A DNA stretch of 64,000 bases from Ignavibacteriales bacterium (GTDB lineage Bacteria > Bacillota > Sulfobacillia > JABLXB01). Location: positions 2,099 to 66,098 of the forward strand of contig JBLNBR010000008.1 of the NCBI GenBank assembly GCA_050260105.1. The letters run 5' to 3'. The notes under the pieces were generated by a model, which did no database searches, had not been told where the DNA came from, and was given only the letters and a program-made list of their open reading frames with translations. Below, in pieces: positions 56,973 through 64,000 of the stretch. Each line of letters begins with the position of its first letter. Position 1 is the first letter of the stretch. Both the position numbers and the translations under genes were made by a program.

Positions 56973-57124
56973 GTCATGTCTGCTGTATTGCTTACTTGCG
57001 GTCAACCCCAGATGGTGACCCCGTGGCGCCGCAAAGTCCAGCCTGTTCAGTGGTATTGGTTTCGCTACATCAAGAGACTTGTTGTGAACTGGACAGAATA
57101 CTATCTGGCGAACTGGCAGGCTTA

Positions 57125-57152
57125 TTGACAATCTCGCTGCAAATACTATATT
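57125..57152 (+). promoter_or_regulatory. Sigma-70-type promoter TTGACA-N16-TATATT upstream of hspR-dnaK-grpE
   Basis: Read directly. RBS GGAGGG lies 8 nt before the hspR GTG. Confidence 0.55.
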
Positions 57153-57193
57153 TGTTGGTAGAAGGGATCCTGCGGCAAAGGAGGGATGTAACG

Positions 57194-57535
57194 GTGTACT
57201 CGTCCGGACTCCACGGGCCTGACGAGCCGGTTTACACCATCAGCGTCGCAGCGCGCCTTCTGGGAGTGAGTCCCCAGATGCTCCGGCAGCTCGAGAGGGA
57301 AGGGATCCTCGAGCCCGCACGAACGGGCGCGAACGCCAGGTTGTACAGCCAAAACGAGCTGGCGCTCCTGAGGCACGTGTGCTTTCTTATCAGGGACCGC
57401 GGGATAAACATCGCCGGTGTCAAGGCCATCCTGGAGATGGAGCACCGGCAGAACATTGCGGGAGGAGGAGTCACCACCGGAGGGGCTGACTTGAGGGAAA
57501 GGGAAACGGTAGGGTCCGGCGCCGGCAAGAGGTGA
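57194..57535 (+). CDS. hspR: MerR-family heat-shock regulator HspR
   Basis: YTISVAARLLGVSPQMLRQLEREGILEPARTGANARLYSQNELALLRHVCFL is the MerR/HspR HTH. Lies directly upstream of dnaK. Confidence 0.7.
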   Translation: MYSSGLHGPDEPVYTISVAARLLGVSPQMLRQLEREGILEPARTGANARLYSQNELALLRHVCFLIRDRGINIAGVKAILEMEHRQNIAGGGVTTGGADLRERETVGSGAGKR

Positions 57536-57579
57536 CCGCCGGACATCATGCAAACGCCGCATAGTGTGGAGGTGGCTCT

Positions 57580-59559
57580 ATGAGCAAAGTTGTGGGGATA
57601 GACCTTGGCACCACCAACTCCGTCATTGCCGTGATGGAGGCCGGCAAGCCGACCGTGATCATCAACACGGAAGGGTCCCGGCTCACCCCTTCGGTCGTGG
57701 CTTTCACCAGGACCGGAGAGCAACTGGTGGGCCAGCTTGCGCGGAGACAAGCGGTGCTCAACCCGGAAAACACGGTTTATTCTATCAAGCGTTTCATGGG
57801 GCGCAGGTACGACGAGGTCGCTGAAGAGCGAAAACGCGTCCCGTACCGCGTCACGGCGGGCAGCAACAACGAAGCCAGGGTGCACATTCCCGCCGCCAAC
57901 AGGGACCTGACTCCTGAAGAGATTTCCGCCATGATCCTCCGGAAGATGAAAGAGGACGCCGAGAAATACCTTGGCGAGACGATAACGAAGGCGGTCATCA
58001 CCGTGCCCGCCTACTTCAATGACTCCCAGCGCCAGGCGACGAAGGACGCTGGACGGATCGCCGGGCTCGAGGTGCTGCGGATCATCAATGAACCGACGGC
58101 CGCCTCGCTGGCCTACGGCATGGATAAGAAAAAGAACCAGACGATACTCGTCTGGGACCTCGGCGGCGGGACATTCGACGTGTCCGTGCTAGAGGTGGGG
58201 GATGGCGTGTTCGAGGTGAAATCGACCTCCGGCGACACGCACCTCGGCGGCGACGACTACGACCAGCGGGTAGTCGGTTACATCGCGGACCAGTTCATGA
58301 GGGACCAGGGGATTGACCTGCGGAAGGACCGCCAGGCCCTTCAGCGATTGATCGAAGCCTCCGAGAAGGCCAAGATCGAGCTATCGCAGGTATTCGAGAC
58401 GAACATCAGCTTGCCGTTTATCACCGCGGATCAGTCGGGCCCCAAGCACCTCGAATACAAGCTCACACGGGCCAAGTTCGAAGAGATCACCGCCGACCTG
58501 ACGGACAGGTGTGTCGGGCCGTTCAGGCAGGCGCTCAGTGACGCCAAGTTGACAGCCCAGCAGCTCGACGAGGTGATTCTGGTCGGCGGCGCGACGAGGA
58601 TGCCCGTCATCCAGGACCTCGTCAAGAAGCTCACGGGCAAAGAACCCAACAGGAGCGTCAACCCTGACGAAGTGGTGGCGGTGGGCGCCGCCATCCAGGC
58701 CGGCGTACTCGCGGGCGAGGTCAAGGACATTGTCCTGCTCGACGTCACCCCGCTCACACTCGGGCTCGAAACACTCGGCGGCGTGGCGACACCGCTCATC
58801 CCGCGCAACACGACGATCCCGACGAAGAAGAGCGAGATCTTCACCACGGCCGCGGACGGGCAGGATACTGTCGAAATCCACGTGCTGCAGGGCGAGAGGC
58901 CCATGGCGCGCGACAACCGCACGCTCGGCCGGTTCCACTTGCAAGGGATACCCCCTGCTCCGCGCGGCGTTCCCAAGATCGAGGTGACGTTCGATATCGA
59001 TGCCAACGGCATCCTCAATGTCGCCGCGAAGGACCTGGCTACGAACAAGGAGCAGAGGATTACCCTCACCGCTTCGACGCAGTTGACCAGGGACCAAGTG
59101 GAGAATCTGGTGCAAGAGGCGCAGAAGCACGCTGAGGAGGACGCCAAGGCGCGCGAGGCAGTCGAGGCCAAGAACAGGGCCGATAACCTCATCTACAACG
59201 TGGAGAAGAACCTGAAGGAAGTGGGCGACAGGCTGCCGCCCGCGGACAAATCCAACGTGGAGAACGCGATCAAGAACCTCCGGGAGGCGCTCAGCTCGAA
59301 CGACACCGAGCGGATCAAGAAGGCCACTGACGAACTGCAACAGGCCTCGTACAAGGTCGCCGAGGAATTGTACAGGAAGGCCGGCCCGCAGCCAGGGGCA
59401 GGCGGTACCCCCGGCGAGGCCGGAGGCGCGCCCGGCGCATCCGGTGCTCCGGGTGCGGGGCCCGGCGGCCCCGGGGTAGGTGGGCCTGGAGCAGGGGGCC
59501 CCGGCCAGCAGGGCAATGTATACGATGCTGAATACAAAGAGAAGAAGGACGATAAGTGA
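57580..59559 (+). CDS. dnaK: Molecular chaperone DnaK (Hsp70)
   Basis: [20 protein letters not shown] and the Gly/Pro-rich C-terminal tail. Confidence 0.97.
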   Translation: MSKVVGIDLGTTNSVIAVMEAGKPTVIINTEGSRLTPSVVAFTRTGEQLVGQLARRQAVLNPENTVYSIKRFMGRRYDEVAEERKRVPYRVTAGSNNEARVHIPAANRDLTPEEISAMILRKMKEDAEKYLGETITKAVITVPAYFNDSQRQATKDAGRIAGLEVLRIINEPTAASLAYGMDKKKNQTILVWDLGGGTFDVSVLEVGDGVFEVKSTSGDTHLGGDDYDQRVVGYIADQFMRDQGIDLRKDRQALQRLIEASEKAKIELSQVFETNISLPFITADQSGPKHLEYKLTRAKFEEITADLTDRCVGPFRQALSDAKLTAQQLDEVILVGGATRMPVIQDLVKKLTGKEPNRSVNPDEVVAVGAAIQAGVLAGEVKDIVLLDVTPLTLGLETLGGVATPLIPRNTTIPTKKSEIFTTAADGQDTVEIHVLQGERPMARDNRTLGRFHLQGIPPAPRGVPKIEVTFDIDANGILNVAAKDLATNKEQRITLTASTQLTRDQVENLVQEAQKHAEEDAKAREAVEAKNRADNLIYNVEKNLKEVGDRLPPADKSNVENAIKNLREALSSNDTERIKKATDELQQASYKVAEELYRKAGPQPGAGGTPGEAGGAPGASGAPGAGPGGPGVGGPGAGGPGQQGNVYDAEYKEKKDDK

Positions 59560-60287
59560 TGGTCGATCCCGAGGCGAAGAACGGGGATAAGCACGACATA
59601 GCAGGCGAAGGCGCAAACGGGGCGGCCGGCGGCGGGCCGGCTACCGTCACGGGTGCGGATGCGAGCGCCGGTGCGAGTGCGGGCGCGGGGACGAGTGGCG
59701 AGGCCGGCGTTGCCGGAGAGAACGCCAGGTTGCGCGAGGAAATCGCCTCGCTGAAACGCAAGGCCGACGAGAACTGGGACCTATTCCTAAGGTCTCGGGC
59801 CGACCTGGACAACTACCGGAAGCGGACCGAGCGGGATATCGCGATGATGGTGCGTATGGGGAAGAGGGACCTGCTCCTGAAGCTCGTCGAAATAGCCGAC
59901 AATTTCCAGAGGGCGCTTGCTGCATCAACCGCTGACGCAGCGTCCCTGAAGTCGGGACTGGAGATGTTGTCCCGGCAGCTCGACGGCGTGCTTGACGCGG
60001 AGGGGGTCAAGCCGATACCGGCGGTGGGCGAGAAGTTCAACCCCGCCCTGCACGAAGCCATCGCCACGTGGGTCTCTCAGGATGTGAAGGACGATACCGT
60101 GACAGACGAGATCCAGAGGGGCTATACGTACCAGGGGGATGTGCTGCGCGTGGCCAGAGTCAGGGTCGCGCAGCCCGCCGCGGGTACGCAGCCAGTCGGG
60201 GGGACGCAGCCAGCAGCGGGCCAGCCTGCCTCGCAGCCGGCTCGCAGCCAGGCCACGGCGCAGTCTGCCTCCGATGAGCCTGAATAG
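59556..60287 (+). CDS. grpE: Nucleotide exchange factor GrpE (low-complexity N- and C-terminal extensions)
   Basis: [37 protein letters not shown]. The start overlaps the dnaK stop (GTGATG). Confidence 0.9.
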   Translation: MMVDPEAKNGDKHDIAGEGANGAAGGGPATVTGADASAGASAGAGTSGEAGVAGENARLREEIASLKRKADENWDLFLRSRADLDNYRKRTERDIAMMVRMGKRDLLLKLVEIADNFQRALAASTADAASLKSGLEMLSRQLDGVLDAEGVKPIPAVGEKFNPALHEAIATWVSQDVKDDTVTDEIQRGYTYQGDVLRVARVRVAQPAAGTQPVGGTQPAAGQPASQPARSQATAQSASDEPE

Positions 60288-60320
60288 GCGTTTCCCGGTT
60301 GCCTGAGAATCGAGGATACG

Positions 60321-60348
60321 GAAGCCCCGCCTCGCACGGCGGGGCTTC
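60321..60348. terminator. Bidirectional intrinsic terminator hairpin (11-bp perfect stem GAAGCCCCGCC/GGCGGGGCTTC)
   Basis: Read directly between the convergent grpE and C_GCAxxG_C_C gene. Confidence 0.65.
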
Positions 60349-60354
60349 ACCGGC

Positions 60355-60891
60355 TTAGCGGTTTTCCGGGGGGTTATCCAGGAGTATCTCGGCCAGCCAC
60401 CGGGCGGCGTTGCCCACTACCGACGGACACTTGTCGCTGTGGCCCCCCGCCTCATCGAATGCCTTTCTGTCTTCGGTATCCAGGAGGTTGAACGATCTAC
60501 CCATCAGCCTCGTCTGGACATCCTTGCACAATACGCTCCCGTACTCCTCCTCGAATTTCTGCCAGAGGTTGCGCCCGAATTGACTCGCATGGCGAGCCCT
60601 GTCGTTCATCGGGAAGTGCTCCCGGTCGCGGCCGTAATAGTACCCTATGGCGATGACCGCGCCTGAGAGGGCCCCACAGGGGCCGGCCCCCGTTACACAC
60701 ATCCCAGCCGAAAGGGCGCTCCCCGCCTTGAAAACTTCGCCCGGGAGGCCGAACAAGTCCTGGATCGCGCCCAGGACGCACTGCGCGCAGCCCCTGTTGG
60801 TACTCTCGTACTCAAAGCCGAGATTGTAGGCCTTCTGGAGGATCTCCGCCCTGCTCATCTGAGAGTGGAGTTTGGGTGCTTCCGTACCCAC
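60355..60891 (-). CDS. C_GCAxxG_C_C-family putative redox-active protein
   Basis: NRGCAQCVLGAI matches the C-GCAxxG-C-C motif. Confidence 0.75.
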   Translation of the reverse strand: MGTEAPKLHSQMSRAEILQKAYNLGFEYESTNRGCAQCVLGAIQDLFGLPGEVFKAGSALSAGMCVTGAGPCGALSGAVIAIGYYYGRDREHFPMNDRARHASQFGRNLWQKFEEEYGSVLCKDVQTRLMGRSFNLLDTEDRKAFDEAGGHSDKCPSVVGNAARWLAEILLDNPPENR

Positions 60892-61059
60892 GGCATCGTC
60901 ACCTGCTTTCGAGTTAGTCAGGGAGGCCCCGCGAGAGGGCCGGATTTCCCCGTTTCGTCCCGTTTTTCAACGAGCGGTAATGCCTTCCCCTGCACAGTAG
61001 TTCTTTGCTCACTCCGGCGCACCCTCCTGAGCGGCTGTGATTCGATGGGCGTGATTCGT

Positions 61060-61088
61060 TTGACGATGCTGGGGAGTTTCGCTATAAT
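61060..61088 (+). promoter_or_regulatory. Consensus sigma-70 promoter TTGACG-N17-TATAAT driving the tRNA-Pro gene
   Basis: Read directly. The -10 ends about 36 nt before the tRNA 5' end. Confidence 0.7.
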
Positions 61089-61124
61089 GATGATGCAGTT
61101 CAACAGCATAGTCTTCAGCCAAGT

Positions 61125-61202
61125 CGGGGCGTAGCGCAGTTTGGCTAGCGCGCATGGTTCGGGACCATGAGGTCGGTGGTTCAAGTCCACTCGCCCCGAC
61201 CA
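61125..61202 (+). tRNA. tRNA-Pro (anticodon CGG), CCA encoded
   Basis: Cloverleaf folds by hand. Acceptor CGGGGCG/CGCCCCG, D-stem GCGC, anticodon stem CATGG/CCATG with loop TTCGGGA, T-arm GGTGG-TTCAAGT-CCACT, discriminator A plus CCA. Confidence 0.85.
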
Positions 61203-61275
61203 TTTTATTGCCCATTTCCGGTGGAAGAAAGTGGTTGGCGGAGACCGTTTTACTGCAATCTTACTGCAACCAGAC

Positions 61276-62487
61276 CTAAGAGCTCATCTGGGTGGGAGCG
61301 TCAACAGCGAGGATGCTATCCAGTCTTCGAGCCGCCCGCTCCTTGAGACCCATTATCACGTGGCTGTATGTATCAAGGGTGGTAGTAATGTTCGTGTGGC
61401 CAAGCAGCTCCTGCACGACTTTGGGGTGTTCGCCCGCCTCCAGTAGCTGCGTAGCATAGGTATGGCGCAAGGCATGGAAGGAAACGTGAGGTAGTCCGGC
61501 CTTGGCAAGTACGGATTCGAACCGGTGCCCAAAGTTTGTGGGGTCGAGAGGGTTGCCGTTCTCGGCGGCAAAAACGAGGTTCTGATCGTCGTACGCGCCC
61601 CCCAGGAGGATTCTCTCCTCCAACTGGCGACGTCTATGATGCCTGAGGGCTTCAATGGCTGCCTTAGGAATGGGGAGCGTTCTCTTCGATTTCTCCGTCT
61701 TGGGTTCCTGAAATACCAGGGCAGTACGCCTGTCCGCCGAATCCTGAGCGTACACTCGTTCCAGCGACCGGGTGACTCTGACAAGGCCGCGTTCGAGGTC
61801 CACATCGCTCCACCTAAGGGCGAGAATCTCGCCGCGCCGCAACCCTGACCCAATAGCAAGAACGAACGCAGCGTAAAGCCTGTGGTTCCGTACGGTCTTC
61901 AGAAGATGCTGAATTTCCGATGTCGTCAGGGGTCTTATCTCTCTTCTCTTCCGCTTTGGGAGTTTCACTGCTTCGGCGGGGTTCCTGGGAATGAGCTGCT
62001 CCCTAACAGCCTGCTTAAGGGCTCCGTAGATGATCGTATGCATGTTGCGCACTGACTTTGGAGACAGCCCTCCGCGCCCGTCAACTCTGCCATTCTGCAG
62101 TCTCTCATTGATGAACCCCTGCAGATGGCTAGGCTGGAGTCGGCGCAACTGGATTGAGCCTAGCCCTGGCTTTATGTGACGGCGGATCATGGTCTCATAA
62201 GAGTCCCGAGTGCAAGGACTAACGTTGTCTCGCACATACTTCTTGAACCAAAGATCGAACCAATCGCCTACAGTTGTGGTAGTCGGTTCCACAAAGACCC
62301 CCGAGTCCAGTTCGGCCAGGACCCTGGTGAGTTTTTCCTTGACCTCCATCCGGGTCCTGCCGTAGAGAGTCATTCGCTTGATCTTGCCAGTTTCAGGATC
62401 CCTTCCCACGGTGGCCTGAGCCATCCACCGACCGTCGGGGCGCTGAACAATCGTCCCTTCCCCTGATCCCCTTCGTTTCCTGGCCAA
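61276..62487 (-). mobile_element. int: Tyrosine-type site-specific integrase (phage/ICE integrase family), TTG start; 3' end 74 nt from the tRNA-Pro 3' end
   Basis: N-terminus ARKRRGSGEGTIVQRPDGRW (integrase SAM-like N-domain). Catalytic C-domain: R in LRRGEILALRW, HALRHTYAT, and nucleophile Y in TLDTYSHV. RBS AAAAGGAGGG precedes the TTG. Flank is low GC. Confidence 0.85.
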
Positions 62488-62787
62488 GGGCCAACCCTCC
62501 TTTTCTGGTCGCGGTATCCTATGGCAGGATATTCGCCATCCAAGCAGGGATTCCTTGGAGAAAACGAACATATGTTTGGATATATCGAATTTTTCCTCCC
62601 AAGAAAAAAGGGCGCGGTGTTTTGAGAGCCTGTGGCCCAAGGTATTGCGCAAAACTGCGCTTGGCATAACAATTGCGCCCTGAACCAGATAGTCCTCGCA
62701 CCCCACCGCAGCTATCGCGCAATTCCGCAGGAATAGGCAGTTGAGAGCTGAAATAGCAGAGTGTAACCAGAATGAGAGCAAGTTAGA

Positions 62788-63795
62788 ATGCCGAGTCTAA
62801 ACATGCAAAGGACGGTCGCGCGGTGTACGGTGAGCTTCATGAACGGAATTGACGGCCTTCTCACGTCGAGAACAGCGTCTCTTCTGGAAGAGGCGAAATC
62901 GCTTGCTAGAGACAAGTCTATAGCATTTCGAGTGATGCAGGATGAAGTTCTCCTCAAGACGTCGGCTGGAGCGGCGGCCACAGAGACGCCAGAGGAGGGG
63001 ATTGTGATACATCTAGATCCATCAAGGGCCACGGAAATGGCCGTTGCTCATGAGCTGCTCCATGTAATCATCCATTATTCGGGCTGGCCACAAATGTACG
63101 GGATGATTGGCTTGGACCGCATAGCCAAGAGATTTGCGGATGCCATTGACAATACTCTCGATCATCATGTCTTCAATCCCCGGCTGAAGGAAATGGGCTT
63201 CGACCTCGACTCCTACTATCAGTGGAGGGTCAAGTGCCTTGACGATTGGCCCGTAGCAGACCGAACCGGACCTAGACTTGTAGTCAATGCCGCCAATATC
63301 CTTGACACCATGCTCTTCGGAAAGGCTTACCGCGAAGCGGCGATCCGAGTGCTAAGGATCAAGCAGCCGAGCGTAGTCGCCATGGCACGCAAGCTCGAGG
63401 GGCTTACTCAACCAGCGAGAAGCCGCACAAGACGTGGGGTAAGGCAGGCCATGGTAGTAACCTTGGATTACCTCAATCGTTGGATGTCTGAACAGACTGG
63501 CCAGCCGGCTTTGCTGCGCCAACGAATAGGAGTCAGCCCCGTGTTCTCATCGGATGAGCTAGCTCGACCAGCCATCGAATTGGTCGAGCTCGTGTCTCAT
63601 CAGGCAACGGTCGAGGACAAGAACCTCTGGATAGTCGCCCTTCAATTGCGTTCTGACAAGGTCCGCTTTAGGACCTACTTGTCTTATGACGAAAGGGAAC
63701 CAACCGACGCCAAGAAGGACTTGCAGCAGAGACTTGCGTCTCTCACTCTCCGAGACCTTCTGCAAACGGAATCCGTGCGCTTCGGCGTTCTGTGA
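62788..63795 (+). CDS. HExxH-motif protein (possible ImmA/IrrE-like metallopeptidase-type regulator) in the integrated element
   Basis: AVAHELLHVIIH contains HExxH. Lower-GC context, divergent from the integrase. Confidence 0.4.
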   Translation: MPSLNMQRTVARCTVSFMNGIDGLLTSRTASLLEEAKSLARDKSIAFRVMQDEVLLKTSAGAAATETPEEGIVIHLDPSRATEMAVAHELLHVIIHYSGWPQMYGMIGLDRIAKRFADAIDNTLDHHVFNPRLKEMGFDLDSYYQWRVKCLDDWPVADRTGPRLVVNAANILDTMLFGKAYREAAIRVLRIKQPSVVAMARKLEGLTQPARSRTRRGVRQAMVVTLDYLNRWMSEQTGQPALLRQRIGVSPVFSSDELARPAIELVELVSHQATVEDKNLWIVALQLRSDKVRFRTYLSYDEREPTDAKKDLQQRLASLTLRDLLQTESVRFGVL

Positions 63796-64000
63796 TTGTG
63801 GAAACGGGCAACTCTGTTTTGCCGGGAAGCCTACGGCCGCTAAAGTCCTCACGAATGCATGGAGGGCTGGCCGGTCCATGTTGGCACCGGAGAATCCCTC
63901 ATCGACATAGATATCGGCCATGGCCTAGTCCTCGGTATCAAGGAAGGTCAGGCGTTGATTCTCCTGGGCGGAGATAGACAAACCTTCCGGGACCTGATGC
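63796..64000 (-). pseudogene. Serine recombinase (resolvase/invertase-family) N-terminal remnant interrupted by an in-frame TAG; continues beyond window
   Basis: Minus-strand frame reads …VPEGLSISAQENQRLTFLDTED*AMADIYVDEGFSGANMDRPALHAFV, matching resolvase catalytic-domain motifs (…SIDAQ…RL… and Y.DEG.SG…DRP.L). Similarity is lost downstream, where the HExxH gene occupies the other strand. Confidence 0.4.

Noticed and set aside
56973-57193. HAIR (CTTGAGT-N7-ACTCAAG) HspR operator.
   Set aside because: No good match. Only a short CAAGAGACTTG palindrome is present, mentioned as weak evidence only.
61276-62781. 501-aa version of the integrase ORF starting at ATG 62781.
   Set aside because: The integrase N-terminal motif (ARKRRGSGEGTIVQRPDGRW) begins right after a TTG at 62487 preceded by AAAAGGAGGG. 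The extra 98 residues lie in the low-GC promoter region and have no integrase similarity.
63559-63921. 120-aa minus-strand ORF as an intact gene.
   Set aside because: Only its first ~30 residues resemble a serine recombinase. The rest overlaps the HExxH protein on the other strand with no similarity. It is treated as part of a recombinase remnant instead.
1-64000. CRISPR arrays, rRNA genes, additional tRNAs.
   Set aside because: No regularly spaced repeat-spacer structure was seen, no rRNA-like conserved stretches, and only one cloverleaf could be folded (61125-61202).

Overview
This is a high-GC (about 60-65%) window from a Gram-positive-type (Firmicutes/Actinobacteria-like) anaerobe chromosome, almost fully coding, with about 60 protein genes, one tRNA and no CRISPR or rRNA. 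All gene calls are by motif recognition from reading the sequence; no database search was run.

- **Formate module (3-4788):** Cys-type formate dehydrogenase alpha subunit (5' end outside the window), a MobA-FdhD fusion, and a convergent FocA-type formate/nitrite transporter.
- **Main candidate system (about 5.3-24.3 kb):** an ~18-kb co-directional, translationally coupled envelope-polysaccharide operon. Pel-like signatures are a PelF-like GT4 with a DUF3492-type N-terminus and TPR tail, a CE4 deacetylase, a GH114-like hydrolase, a MurJ/PelG-like flippase and an HD-GYP c-di-GMP phosphodiesterase. Unusual additions are two tandem DivIVA-domain proteins, a tandem pair of paralogous ~700-aa GT-C-like membrane proteins, a GT2 and an ATP-grasp ligase. 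A convergent GT4 closes the locus.
- **Amino-acid cluster (24.5-34.1 kb):** two DapA-family aldolases, a class V and a class IV aminotransferase, a T-box leader (minus strand) and a LivJHMGF ABC transporter.
- **Envelope-stress module (34.2-36.8 kb):** ECF sigma, zinc-finger anti-sigma, PspC-domain and DUF4097 proteins. A 21-bp DnaA-box-like palindrome lies upstream.
- **Assorted genes (37-54 kb):** NUDIX hydrolase, a secreted 867-aa lipase-PKD protein, Lgt with a repetitive tail, an orphan SdpR/SdpI pair, ZIP transporter, Rex, and acyl-CoA dehydrogenase.
- **Restriction-modification (54.4-57.0 kb):** a fused Vsr-m5C methyltransferase plus a candidate restriction endonuclease.
- **Chaperone operon:** hspR-dnaK-grpE.
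- **Right edge (61.1-64.0 kb):** a tRNA-Pro(CGG) with a consensus promoter, followed by a low-GC integrated element carrying a tyrosine integrase, an HExxH protein and a serine-recombinase remnant with an in-frame TAG.
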